Below are positions 51,596 to 64,000 of a stretch of DNA of 64,000 nucleotides, one piece after another. Below the pieces are notes generated by a model, which saw nothing but the letters and a program-made list of their open reading frames with translations, was not told where the DNA came from and did not search any database. A program made the position numbers and the translations under genes. Source of the DNA: Antedon mediterranea (lineage: Eukaryota > Animalia > Echinodermata); assembly GCF_964355755.1 (NCBI RefSeq), contig NC_092674.1:28210001-28274000 (forward strand), written 5' to 3'. Position 1 is the first letter of the stretch, and each line of letters begins with the position of its first letter.

Positions 51596-52986
51596 AAGAA
51601 ATATATTACAGAACACATTTTGCGTACAAATATTGAGTACCGCGGTAGTAAGATGACAAAAATAATGCTTTACCGCAACTGCAGCGGATAAAACTACAAT
51701 ATTTATTAAAATTTGTCAAACGAAAATGATGATATAGACCTAACGAATATCAATTATAACATATAATATAATATGATATAATAATAATTAATTATAATTT
51801 ACTATGCTCTTCGAGTTCATAAGTTATAAGAACTTAAATTTTGAAACAATTTAGTTTCATGCAATACATATTACTATAAATTATATGCCTATAGCCAGAA
51901 AAATGAGGTTATCTCCGTGAAAAAATTATTTCTGTGTTGTAATTATGTTCAAGTTAAAAGGTCAGTAGGCCTATAAAGACTAGTTATGTAGGTAGGACTG
52001 ACACAATCTCCTTTTAAATAATTTGAATCAATTATTTATTCTTTACTTCGTTTTGTACTTTTATCAAGGACACTTCACAATAGTGAAACTATTTGCAGAC
52101 AATAAAAATGAAATGTTTTGTCACTTGCGTGGCCTTGAGATAATATCTTAATTAAAGGTTTATTTAAACGCTTCATCGTGTTGTTCAGATGAGGTTATAG
52201 TTGAATTCCAGCGCTGTGCCGCGGCGACAATCAACTTTAGGTACCTGTGGTATAATAATGGAGTTAAAAAATACTCCATGGTATAATTATTGTCCACGGG
52301 GCTAAAATACCAAACTTCGTATGACGAGCATCAAATCACAATTTTTTCGCCGATATTTAGCAATCGAAATATTTCGATAAATGTTTCAGTTTGTTTATAT
52401 TTTATTTTATACCTTGTTTGTACAAAATAATTCAAAATAAATTTGGAGAAGAAATAATTAACAACATTGTTTGATTCATGTGTATAACTTGTGTAACCGT
52501 TCGCGGTCTGTGAACGACATATTTTTCTTACGCAGGCAAATAATACGGTATAATAAACGGTTTGATTATAGTCAACATTCTTTATTAATCATCCAGACAA
52601 ATAAAAGTGACGTCACTCAAACGGATCACAAAGGAACATTTTAATAACCAAACACAAAGTTATCATTTCAAACAAACATATCAACAAATACATAGGGATA
52701 ACGTCGTGAATAATAACACTACAAACAATTAGTAGAGGCCTACAGTTAAAGTGGTAACAAAGAAGATTATTTTAGTTACGAAAAAAAAAGTATTTGGTAT
52801 TGCTTATCAAATTGTACGCCATATCACTGAATAATGCTTAGTTCCCACTTGAGACGCAACAAAAGGACGTAAATGAGTTGACCAATCACAAGTGATGGAT
52901 TATTCGAACGGTCGTTTGTCATTGCTTAACACGTTTGTGTTGCGTTTCATCCTAGTGGGAACCAAGCTTAAGTAATGTTTAAATCA

Positions 52987-55019
52987 TCATCTAATCTGTG
53001 AACATCTGACGTACGCTTGTTCGTTACTTGGACAGTACTGTTCGACCCAACCACTGTGAACACAAAATGCAATTGAGCTTTCATCTCCGTCACACATCAA
53101 GTTGTTAACCACTCCTTCGACGCATGACTCTCTATTACCCTTCCTATTTATATGTGTTTCACTGAAACTTTCCGGGTAACTGTACTCTGGGTAGCTGCGC
53201 TCGGCGTAGCTAGACCATTCTGAAAGAGGCTCCTCTGAGAAACCGACATCAGATCCCCATGCGGAACCTTTTGTGTGTTTGCCTTTTTTAGGCTTCTTCT
53301 TCTTGCATTTTTTATTCTTTCCTCCTTTGCAATTGCTAGCAGGGTGTGTTTCTTCGGGAACACTAGGTATATCAATTGGGCCAGGTATATCTGAAAGATC
53401 TAACCCTTCAAGGCCTGATGATCCTTTAGGCCCACCTCTGGGAGGGTTTGGTCTTTCTCTTCCAGGCTCCGGCATAATGTCTTCCTCTCCTCTTGGCCTA
53501 CCCTTTGGCTTTTTCGGAATCCTTCCAAACAGTTTGTTGTAAGGAGCTCGACGTCGTCGTCCTCGACATTTTTTAGATGACGTCGTTGCTTCTAATACGC
53601 CTTCAAATCCTAATTGTTTACAAACGACCATGGCATCGTTTATATCCCAGTTATCTGCGCAGACACCGGAGAATTCTCCATTTCCGTACACCTCTACGAC
53701 TCCTTCATTTGGTGATTTACCTTTTCCTCTAATACGAACTATTAATATAAGAAAAATGAAATTTGGTAATGTGCATATTCGTCAGGAATCAGTGTTTAAT
53801 AATAGCAATATGATATTGATTGATATTGATTAATATTGCAATTTTAATAATAGCAATAGGCCTATATTTAATGTTGACGTAACTGTACCTGGAATTGTGC
53901 ACCTTATGCTGACGTCATCATCATGTGTACAGCTATGACGTTTTGAAGAACCTCGTCTACAATTCATCAAGTGCCCTTCTCTGCCGTTACAATTCGCGGT
54001 CACTATGTGAATCAGAGCGCTACCCGACGGGTAGTAGTTTGGTTCTGGTTGACTGGCTGCTGCGGAGCCAAATCCGAGCTGATTACATGCCACATTAGCG
54101 TCAACTATGTCCCAGTTGTTGTCGCACACTGTTCCCCATTCATCGTCATGGAAAACCTCCAAACGTCCTTCCAGACGGTTGTCTCCATCCATCAGCCTCA
54201 CGTCGCCTTCATATGCTCCTGTAATGATACAAGTAATCCATGAAATAACACAACAAAGTAATATTTGTGTCAATATATGTTTAATTGCCGAGTCCTACAT
54301 AACTCTGAAAAAACTCAATAAAGATGCTACTGCAGGCTCTTTACCTTGGCATTTCACGCCGGCTACATTCCTCCGTTTGCTGCAGGACGACGACAGATAA
54401 TGCTTACAGTTCTCCAGGCTGGACTCAACACCCGAGCACAACACCCGTTCTTCTATGGTAATTACTGCTTTTGTCTCGTATGAATTGCGTCGAGTTACAA
54501 GAATTGCACGCGGAAAGCCAAGCTGCTTGCAGACGACATTTCCCGCGTTGATATGCCATTCATCGTCGCATACGGATCTCCAGTAACTATCCCTGAAGAT
54601 TTCAACGCTGCCTTCTTTAGCTCTGAATCCGGTAAGTCTTACAGGAGGCACGTCGACGTCGAGTACATCTGTAGAAAGGAAATGAACCTTACATACATGA
54701 GCAAAGACAACTAAAGACAAAGTTTAAACTCGTTTAACAAATCATTAAAATGTCTACTAACAGTTTACGACGACTGTGAAGATACAGGATGACGTCAGAT
54801 TACTGCCATCTCGAGCAGTACACGTCACAATGGTTTCCCACTCACTGCCAGCTCGGAATGGTGAACCAGAACCTGGATCGCACCAGACGTCAGGAGCAAA
54901 CAGTGAATTGTCCCTAGCTACTGGATCTTCCCATGTTATGATCTGTGGCTTGCTCTTTCTCTTCCATGTAAATGTGATGTTGACCGGGTGTGGACATTGG
55001 ATAGATGGTGGTTGGTTAT
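52987..55019 (-). CDS. HYR-SRCR-SRCR-SRCR protein, 3' exons: 55019-54762 (HYR), 54668-54345, 54218-53889, 53738-52987; 5' exon(s) not identified
   Basis: HYR DNQPPSIQCP..WEDPVARDNS..VTCTARDGS; SRCR VRL..EG.VE..VCD..W...VVCKQLGF; all junctions phase 1; stop at 52987; no transmembrane segment. Confidence 0.88.
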
Positions 55020-55667
55020 CTGTGGAGAAAGACATTTAAGGACGAAATGATATTATGGACTTATATAACCTCTTTGAATACAGTTTTTTTTTAATGTATT
55101 AACTTATGACATTGATAATGTATGGTAAGTTATGAATATTATGAAATGAATATATTTTTAGTAATAAAAGAAAAAAAATAATGATAATTTAATCAATTAT
55201 ATGATACATTCTTATTTACATCGTCCTTTCATCTCCCCCAGACCACCACACCCCATCCTCGTCGTCATATATTTAGCACTTGACTAAAGGAAGGGATCAG
55301 TATTATTCAGGTCAGGCAAAAAGGTTAAACATGCTACCTGCTGACAGCACTGTATTAATAGTTCAATTACTATATATTTATTTATACGGTTTACAAAGTT
55401 CACATTCCGTGACCAAATTGTGTCAACTAATATAAAAGCAATCTATTCAGTAAATGTATACAGTGTTAATAAGGAGACTTTTCCAATATTTTTTTAAGGT
55501 TGCAATAATACCAAACACCATTGACAATTATAATGCAATTAAAGGAGCGGTACATATTCAGGAAAGTTTACAAACTATACAATGTTATTCTTCCAGGCGT
55601 AAATGTTCTTTGACAGGTTAGCGGTTGCAGGTTCCAGACCCGTCACTCGAACACTTATCATACGTAA

Positions 55668-56165
55668 TAGAGAGGTTTCGCAATCTTACGAATACGATAA
55701 CGAAAACGGATACGTCACGCACACGTATTCGTTTTCGTAAGCCTTAAAAAAATCTGTTTCGCATGGCAACGAAATATTGAGGCGCGTCCAAAATATGAAA
55801 TTTGAGCTGAGCGAAGCGCAGGTACGTGTTGCTTGGTGCTTGGCTGCCTAGGCATAGCGTAACATCAAAGCGAGTGAGGACTTTAAAAAATGCTATTTAT
55901 CAAAATTGCATTGACATTTTAGTAAATTACTTTAGTAAATTACTTTCAATAAACCTATAATTATATTATAATCATGAATCAGTCCTGATTCAAATGCAAA
56001 ATGTGCAAATAGATCAAAAAATATACTCGTTTTGTAGTTACGAACATGACTGGTGATATTCGTCAACACGAATACGCTTTACGAATATGAAATGGGGATC
56101 AGCTCAAAAGTTTCACAAATGTATGACGTATCCGTTTTCGTTATCGTATTCGTAAGGTTGCGAAA
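55668..56165. mobile_element. MITE family C, uninterrupted copy (~500 bp)
   Basis: TIR tttcgcaatcttacgaatacgataacgaaaacggatacgtca at both ends; second, inverted copy at 57346-60848. Confidence 0.9.
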
Positions 56166-57607
56166 AAGACCAAATTACACAGACGAGCGGTAACGGTAAG
56201 CGGAAAACGACGTAGCTTGTTCCACGTATCTATCCTGAGTGGAAACCGCCCGTCCCCTCCACGTTGTGTGTAAATGGTCATAAGGAATAACATAGATTCT
56301 ATATTTTTATTATCGTTACCGGTTACTGTTTAAATTGGCTTTTAGGGGAGTAAATATGGGCCTCAGTCAGAGAGAGGATGATGATTCATATATACAAATT
56401 AGTGGTCAATACCAAAGCCTTGTTTACCGATTCAGAAGGCTAATTCCAATTCATTATATTATTATTTGATTGTTAAGATTAGTACATAGATCACGTAGGT
56501 ACTTTATTGTGTTCTTCATGCATGGACTCAATATTTACGGTAAGTAGTGAAAGTAATAACGGCTTAAAATACTCGCATATTACCTCCTAATTTCAGTAAA
56601 GATTAATAAATATACGGATGGTTAGTGAATTATTCCGTAAAAATTACAACGCAAGGACAGGATATTCACCATGCAGGTGGTTTGACCAATCACGACGAGA
56701 TTGATCATTCCAACTGCCGCTTGTGATTGGTTAACTCACTTAAACTTAGTTTCCCCTAACGATGTAACGCAACGTAAGTGATTTGACCAATCACAAGCGA
56801 TGGATTTGAACAGTGGCTTGTCATTGGTCTTGCGTTGTCTCTATAGTAGGAACAAAGCTTTACGCTGCGCCTACGTCGTCGCGTTGCGCCCTAGTGTGAA
56901 TAAGGCGTAACATTATAAATTATTACAAATGCTCTTGTACCTTATATAACTGATAGTACAGTATACAAATACGATGTTTTGTGTTTTTACTACATTATCT
57001 ACGGTACGGTACGGTACTATTGAAATATGTGGTAACTCAATAACCCATACATAACAAAGACGTAGTATGGCTTACAAAACTAAGCTATAAACATTTGCAC
57101 TCTATTTCGACAAAAGTGTACATTATTACAGATTTTTGCTGTGTAAAAGAACAACACGTCAGGTATAATACTGTAATTATTAACTAGCTGAAGAGGAACA
57201 GAATTGCAATATTACAATGTTTTGTCGGAAGCTATAATTATAAATAAGTGGACTAATGGTTTCCGTTGAGTTATAGTAACTCGTAATGAATATCAATGCA
57301 ATACTCAATTAACGGAAACATAAAACTATAGTGACGTGGTTTCATTAGGGAGGTTTCGCAACCTTACGAATACGATAACGAAAACGGATACGTCATACAT
57401 TTGTGAAACTTTTGAGCTGATCCCCATTTCCTATTCGTAAAGCGTATTCGTGTTGACGAATATCACCAGTCATATTATTCGTAACTACAAAACGAGTATA
57501 GTTTTAGATCTATTTTGCACTTGAATCAGGAATGATTCATGATTATAATATAATTATAGATTTATTGAAAGTAATTTATTAAAGTAATTTACTAAAATGC
57601 CAAGTCA

Positions 57608-60606
57608 AAACTGGGGGTGGTGTTGGAATTCTGTCTAAGTCAAGCTTAGTTGTTAACTTGAAAACGGATGTACATACATATGCATCATTTGAGGCTATAC
57701 ATGTGCATATTACGTCTAACTCGAAATCTCTTCGTTTAGTTAACATATATCGACCACCAACCTTGTCTGTTACAGAGTTCCTAAATGATTTTGAAAAAAT
57801 GTTGTTTGACTTTATTCTCTTTTCGTCTGAAATTGTTTTCTGCGGAGACTTTAATATCCATATGGATAATAAAAAAAATGTGGCAGCGGATAGATTTAAA
57901 ACACTGCTTAGATCGTTTGGTCTCCAGCAACATATAAATGAACCCACACACTGTAGTGGGCACTGCCTCGACCTTATCATCACTAGAGGTGATCTACTTC
58001 TCTCGGATGTAAAGATACACCCTGGCCTGTCAGATCATTTTGCCATATTTTGCAAGTTTGATCTTAAACGGCCCACAACACACAAAACTGTAAGAAAAAG
58101 TCGCAACCTAAAACAAATTGATATTGATAAATTCACAAATGACATTAAAGCCTGTGTGTCTAATATAACTGATGTAAGTGTAATTCTTGAAGACAGTGTA
58201 GAAAGCTATTCTGATCTCAGAGCTGTACTTGATTTACATGCGCCAGTTCAGAACAAAACAATTAGGCAAAAGGAAGCTAAACCGTGGTATACCGATGAAA
58301 TTCGATCTGAAAGGAAAGTACGTCGTCAACTTGAACGTAAATGGATGAAATCAAAGCTTCCTAAGGATAGACAGGAATACTGTGTTCAAAGATGCGTTGT
58401 AAATGGACTGATTGAAAAGGCCAAGACGCGGTATTACTCTAGTCTGGTTAGTGACTGCACAGGTGATCAAAAGAAACTTTTCAATATAGTAAATAAACTT
58501 TTACATCACTCCAAGTCATCGGTCCTTCCTTCGTCTGTCTCCGATGAAGCTCTTGCTGAAAGATTTTCTGTGTTTTTTGTAAATAAAATTAAATCAATTC
58601 GTGATTCACTAGAAAATGAAAATACTGGCGAAGTTATAACTGCTTCTGATAAATGTAATATATCTTATGGTTTAACTAGGTCTATACGGTTTTCTCAGTT
58701 CGAACCTGCAAGTGATGAGGAAATTTTAAAAATTGTCAAAAATTCTCCCTCTAAATCATGTGCACTTGACCCGGTACCAACTTCACTGATTAAGAAATGT
58801 ACTTCTGCATTTATTCCATTAATCACACATATTGTTAATAAGTCTCTTGAAAGTGGTTCTTTCCCAGAGTCTCTAAAAGTCATCCATGTTCGACCCACAT
58901 TGAAAAAAACAGGTCTAGATCCCGAGATTCTGAAAAACTACAGACCTATCTCGAATCTTAGTTTTTTAGGAAAAATAATTGAGAAGGTTGTTTCTAAACG
59001 GATTTTGTCGCATGTACAAAAACATGGCCTACTTGATCCGTATCAATCTGCCTACAAAGCGCATCACAGTACTGAAACGGCATTACTTCGTGTAAATAAT
59101 GACATCCTACGTGGGATGGATGATGGAAAGCTAACTGCTCTAGTATTATTAGATTTAAGTGCAGCATTTGATACGGTTGATCATTCTGTGTTGCTAAATA
59201 GACTCAGTACTTATATTGGTATTGAAGGAAATGCACTTGATTGGTGTCGGTCATATTTGGAAAAACGACCTCAACACGTATGTATTGGTGATGCTATTTC
59301 AAAAGCTTCTTTTCTAAACTTTTCGGTACCACAAGGATCTGTTCTTGGGCCGCAATGGTTTACTATTTATTTACACCCGATACGGGATATCATAAGTAAA
59401 TATGATCTGTGCTATCATGTTTATGCTGATGATACTCAGATTTATATTTCTTTTAAACCTACTATGAAACACAGTGACATTTCTTTGGAATTGCTCCAAC
59501 ATTGTATCTATGAATTGCGTGTCTGGATGAAAAACAACTTTCTTAAATTAAATGATGAAAAAACAGAATTTGTTCTCTTTGGATCAAAACAGCAGTTGGA
59601 AAAACTGCCACCAAGCTTTATTCACATTGGTGAAACCCAAATTGACCCGGCTAGGCAGGTTAGAAATCTTGGGGTTGAAATGGATGTGGGTATGACTATG
59701 ATTTCTCATATCTCAAAAACTATTTCTGCGTCGTCTTTTCACTTGCGAAACATTCGAAGGATTCGTAAGTTTATAAATGAGACAGCAGCTAAACAACTTG
59801 TTCATGCTTTTGTCACTTCACGACTAGATATGGGAAACTCTTTGCTATACGGGCTACCACAAAAACAACTCCACAGGCTCCAACTGATTCAAAATACAGC
59901 GGCACGAGTTGTTAAAAAATTACCAAGATATGGACACATATCAAATACTTTGGAAATATTGCATTGGCTCCCTGTTAGGTACCGCATTGTTTTTAAAATA
60001 TTACTCTTTGTTTTTAAGTCTATAAATGGCATGGCTCCTGAATATATTTCTGACATGCTTAGGCTGTATGTTCCCGGACGTAATCTGCGCTCTAGTGACT
60101 CGCTGCTTCTACATCAGCCTAAGTCTCACCACTCATGGGGTGACAGAGCATTCTCCGTTACTGCTCCTCGTCTGTGGAATGCTCTACCGAGCTCTATAAG
60201 ATTTTGCAAAACTGTTGATACTTTTAAAAAATTATTAAAAACACATTTATTCATTAAGGCATATGGAAATCATGAGGTTTCTTAAAGTTGTTTAGACTTA
60301 GAATTGTTTTGTATACCTTTTCCTGGCCAGCATTCTCTTTGGGGTGCCTCTGTCTTGGTTGTTGTCTCTGAGCACCCGGTCGTCTGTGGCAAGGCAAATG
60401 TGTATCCTGCTCCTTTGTTTGGTCACCTAGGTAGGGGTCCGGGACCGCGACAGAATGACAACGGATGGGGACCCTCCAAAGAAATTGCATTTTATTTGCC
60501 AGGAATTTGTATGATTTATTTCTTTTTTATTTTTAAATGCGCCTTGAGCACTCTGGAGTGGTATGTGCGCTATAAAAATCTTATTATTATTATTATTATT
60601 ATTATT
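57608..60606 (+). mobile_element. 5'-truncated L2/CR1-group LINE
   Basis: TSD aagtca at 57602-57607 and 60607-60612; ORF2 open from the junction to 60285; 3'UTR and (ATT)n tail. Confidence 0.94.
57610..60285 (+). CDS. LINE ORF2: partial APE endonuclease plus reverse transcriptase
   Basis: TGGGVGI, IYRPP, GDFNIH, LDLI, SDH; YRPISNL, DLSAAFDTVDH, PQGSVLGP, YADDTQ, LHWLP. Confidence 0.95.
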   Translation, partial: TGGGVGILSKSSLVVNLKTDVHTYASFEAIHVHITSNSKSLRLVNIYRPPTLSVTEFLNDFEKMLFDFILFSSEIVFCGDFNIHMDNKKNVAADRFKTLLRSFGLQQHINEPTHCSGHCLDLIITRGDLLLSDVKIHPGLSDHFAIFCKFDLKRPTTHKTVRKSRNLKQIDIDKFTNDIKACVSNITDVSVILEDSVESYSDLRAVLDLHAPVQNKTIRQKEAKPWYTDEIRSERKVRRQLERKWMKSKLPKDRQEYCVQRCVVNGLIEKAKTRYYSSLVSDCTGDQKKLFNIVNKLLHHSKSSVLPSSVSDEALAERFSVFFVNKIKSIRDSLENENTGEVITASDKCNISYGLTRSIRFSQFEPASDEEILKIVKNSPSKSCALDPVPTSLIKKCTSAFIPLITHIVNKSLESGSFPESLKVIHVRPTLKKTGLDPEILKNYRPISNLSFLGKIIEKVVSKRILSHVQKHGLLDPYQSAYKAHHSTETALLRVNNDILRGMDDGKLTALVLLDLSAAFDTVDHSVLLNRLSTYIGIEGNALDWCRSYLEKRPQHVCIGDAISKASFLNFSVPQGSVLGPQWFTIYLHPIRDIISKYDLCYHVYADDTQIYISFKPTMKHSDISLELLQHCIYELRVWMKNNFLKLNDEKTEFVLFGSKQQLEKLPPSFIHIGETQIDPARQVRNLGVEMDVGMTMISHISKTISASSFHLRNIRRIRKFINETAAKQLVHAFVTSRLDMGNSLLYGLPQKQLHRLQLIQNTAARVVKKLPRYGHISNTLEILHWLPVRYRIVFKILLFVFKSINGMAPEYISDMLRLYVPGRNLRSSDSLLLHQPKSHHSWGDRAFSVTAPRLWNALPSSIRFCKTVDTFKKLLKTHLFIKAYGNHEVS

Positions 60607-61474
60607 AAGTCAGTTTTGATAAATAGCAGTTTTTAAAGTCCTCACTCGCTTTGATGTTACGCAAGGCCTAGGCAGCCGAGCACCACGTACCTGCGCTTCG
60701 CTCAAATTTACCGCAGTCATATTTTGGACGCGCCTCAATATTTCGTTGCCATGCGAAACAGATTTTTTTATGGCTTACGAAAACGAATACGTGTGCGTGA
60801 CGTGTCCGTTTTCGTTATCGTATTCTTAAGATTGCGAAACCTATCTATTATCATAAAAAAACATGCACCTTATTTATTGTATCTCCCGGGTTTAGTGACG
60901 ACACATAAAGTAACAATGAGAGAATTAAACCACAATAGGTTCTGAAATTAAAACACAGTGGTCAATATCGGAAGCAAATTAAGTGTCAGCATAGTTTTAC
61001 ATATGATGTCAATATAATTGGTTAGACTTAGGCATGTGATGCTGTATCACGGAATTTGCCTATGATAATTTTAGATACAGCACCGAGAATCGGCTACTGG
61101 AAGAAATTAATAGACGGTTTATAGTGGCTCGACGCAACTAATTCACGACGACGGTTAGGCTAACTCACCCACATGTATGCTAATTAAGTGTCACATTGTT
61201 TTTTCAGAGTTCTTCTTTCTTTTTACATGAGACATGCAAATAATTAAATTAGGCCTACATAGCGCGCGATAACATTTTACTACTGTTACTTAATAGAGAT
61301 TTCATTGATTAAATTTCATTGATTAAATAAATGCTGGTACGATATCACGGTACATCTCAGTTTATTTTAATGCTCCGATGTATGTCTCGAGAAATATTTA
61401 TTTGTCGTTGTTTAAAAATAAGTTGCTTCCGTCTACCATATCATCATCCATGTTTAGATTTCTTCATTATTCAA

Positions 61475-61710
61475 TTACGCGTCTCTCAAGCCTCTAAAGT
61501 TGAATTTGGAAACTGTCCGGGCGTTGTCACATTTAGCATTTCCTCGAGAATCGCACCTCAGTATTTCCTTATTCCAGTACAAGTTATCTGGGCATGTTTT
61601 TAAACGATATCCGCAGTAGCTACAATGTATATATTTCGAACAATCCAAGGGGTGGTTGAGCGCAGCTCCATATCGATGGCTTTTGCATAGATTGAGCAAG
61701 TCAACGTCAG
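61475..61710 (-). CDS. Exon encoding one chitin-binding type-2 (CBM14/peritrophin-A) domain; parent gene unclear
   Basis: Acceptor catccacag; LCKS..HPLDCSKYIHC..CPDNLYWN..RCDS..KC six-Cys pattern. Confidence 0.75.
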
Positions 61711-63470
61711 CTGTGGATGCAAGATATTAATTGTTAGTGTAGGGTGCCTGTGACATGGTTCGTGCAGTGAGACGTGGAGTGGAGGTGAACAGGCAGAGAG
61801 TCAGTAGAGTTTGCAATGAGACATGTAGGCCTACAGTACATGGAGGGGAGGTGAAAAGGTACAGAGTCAATCTCCAGTTTTAAAAACAAAGAATAAGAGT
61901 TGAGAAAAAATGAGAACACGATTCAGGAATTACAGTAATGAATAATACTCTGTCAACATGTAGCCTAACTGTCGCCACCATGAGCTCCATCCATTTCAAC
62001 TCATCCCCCCCTCCCTCATCAAACAGTTACGGCGTCCCCACCCAATCGGAGCAAAACCTCATCAAGAACACACCACCAATCAAATACGACCCATAATGAA
62101 ATTACAAATGAACTATTATTAAGTGCAAAGAACAATTGTCACTCATGTAATACATATGTTATTGGTATAATGTTAGCAAATATTTTAATGGTTATACCAA
62201 GTACAATAATAGTTTATGAGTGAGATACCTTTAAACCAGAGACGCGAGGAGATCGTGCTCGGAATGTGCCCAGATGTTTCAACTAAAATCGGCACTTGAA
62301 AAGGCGGACTTGAAAAGCCTAATTAAAAACCTGCGGTGATTTTTATTTTTAAATTAAATGGTACTATAATTTATGACTTCTGAGAAGAAACTCTATAAAC
62401 TGTATGTCAACCGTTGTATTGACCAATAAAACAGTAAAGAAATGGAAATGGAAATGCTATCAAATATTGGCTCACATGTGCGAAATAAACGTTCATAAAT
62501 ATTTTAATATTTTTTTATAAATAGTATTATAATCGTATACACATAAATAATGCATATTTAAAAAGATAGAATCTCGACCAAACCAAAACAGAATAAAGTA
62601 TATATTATTCAACGATAAACATAAATATTTCAGATTTAAATTTAAAAAGATAACTTCTTTTCATTTTTCTTTAAAATGAAATACATATTATTCAACGACA
62701 GATGGTTAAATAAATCATCATTAATTATGATGAATACGATGAATACGATTATTACGGATTAGACAATCTAAGATATAATCGCACTATTGTCCAACAGTAA
62801 ACAAGCATTTTTAACGTCATTAACCATGACCATTTGCAAAAAAACGCGAAGCGGACGGATAGATACAAACTGTACGTGGGACAAGCTACGCGGTTTCCGT
62901 TTTAGCGTCACCGCTCGTCTGTGTAAACAATTCAGATTTAACAAACAAGACAGAGAAGCGTTTTATTTCAGAAAAGCTCAATTTTATTGACATATTTCAG
63001 AAAATAAAAAATTGCACGATAAACATGACAAAATACTAAATATATAATATTAAACAGAAAACCAAAGCACTATTTTAATCAAAATGTATCTTCATTTCAT
63101 TGGCTTAATACTGAATAATTTGTAGCAATTACTTCACATCCATGTTTTATTATTATGATAAGTAAGGTTAAAGGTTAAACGGGACTGCTGACTCTTGTAG
63201 TTACAGTAATCGTATTACTTTAGCAGTCCCTGACCAATTTCATCTTTGTACATTGTATATATGTTTTGTTGGTCGAATAAATAAATGAAATGAAATTAAA
63301 TGAAACGACAAATACTTAGAGGCAATTACTTTTTTTTACAAACTGCCATTTTAGCTCCATATCATTTAATAGGGTGATACCATTATAAAAGTAGTGAGAT
63401 TATGTTATCTAATATTACTCAGTAACAACAAATGAAGATTAACTTATAATAATACTGTGTAAAATTTCAT

Positions 63471-64000
63471 TTAAGGCCAATCACATACTTTTAAGTCGTC
63501 TTTCCATACAGTTCCTGGTCCACATATGAAATGATACGCATTGCCGTACGAACACATATACCACATGTTAGGGTCAGCAGGATCCGCAAACATACCATCT
63601 CCACGTCCCGTACACGAAAACTCTACTATAGTATTAACGGTCTCTTCAACAGACATCTGTCGATTCTCACAATCCACCAAATGCTCATGGTCGCAGACAG
63701 TTTTCTGGGCATGCCATTTGGTACCCTTCGGGCATGTGCGTACCCGTCGGTGGCCCTGCACATGACACAAAACAAACTTGGCACAATCAAAGGGATGTGG
63801 AAAATATCCGAAACGCTTTCCTTCGCAAAATGTATCGATGACACGTTTTTCCTCTGCCTTTTTCTCTTCATCTTCATTTACTGGTACGCTTATGATGTCA
63901 CATTTTGCTATGCTTGGCCAATCACAGCGCCGTATATTCTCGTTCCAATGAAGGCCATTGGGGCATCTTCGTTTGTGGTAGCCGTAATATTTACATTGGA
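63471..64000 (-). CDS. Terminal exon with at least 3 CBM14 chitin-binding domains (gene continues off-window)
   Basis: Open from the edge: ..CPNGLHWNENIRRCDWPSIAKC.., FCEGKRFGYFPHPFDCAKFVLC..CPKGTKW..CD..C, SCTGRGDGMFADP..YMC..CGPGTVW..CDWP*. Confidence 0.9.
   Translation of the reverse strand, partial: QCKYYGYHKRRCPNGLHWNENIRRCDWPSIAKCDIISVPVNEDEEKKAEEKRVIDTFCEGKRFGYFPHPFDCAKFVLCHVQGHRRVRTCPKGTKWHAQKTVCDHEHLVDCENRQMSVEETVNTIVEFSCTGRGDGMFADPADPNMWYMCSYGNAYHFICGPGTVWKDDLKVCDWP

Larger units (their letters stand above)
57346..60848. mobile_element. MITE family C, inverted copy split by a LINE insertion
   Basis: 57346-57601 and 60613-60848 together equal the reverse complement of 55668-56165. 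Confidence 0.9.

Noticed and set aside
55338-55369. Candidate 32-nt upstream exon for the HYR-SRCR gene
   Set aside because: The frame that would join the phase-1 HYR exon contains a stop
57608-60285. Domesticated RT gene or retron-like system
   Set aside because: TSD, (ATT)n tail, 5' truncation within the endonuclease and insertion into a MITE all indicate an ordinary LINE copy

Overview
AT-rich, intron-rich animal genomic DNA. An invertebrate deuterostome such as an echinoderm is plausible, but that is inference only, from a Deu/Nin-type SINE and HYR/SRCR proteins. Gene order: complex repeat (1-1340); 21-exon DIS3 on the minus strand (1516-21199), whose intron 1 hosts an antisense LRR gene with a probable GPI anchor; NUDT6 head-to-head with DIS3; four tandem, intact 4-exon clan-2-like cytochrome P450 genes plus relic fragments; a HYR-SRCR-SRCR-SRCR gene on the minus strand; a young 5'-truncated L2-type LINE inside a MITE; and chitin-binding (CBM14) exons at the right edge. 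The best candidate for undescribed biology is the P450 array. All four copies seem to lack the N-terminal ER anchor, replace the I-helix acid with Leu/Ile, and alter the WxxxR motif, while ExxR, PxRF and the heme cysteine are intact. Other oddities are a ~150-aa basic/Pro-rich loop splitting an SRCR domain, three extra copies of a DIS3 splice donor, a 5S-derived SINE, and several nested transposons. Exon boundaries were read by eye and all family calls are from motif recognition, not database searches.
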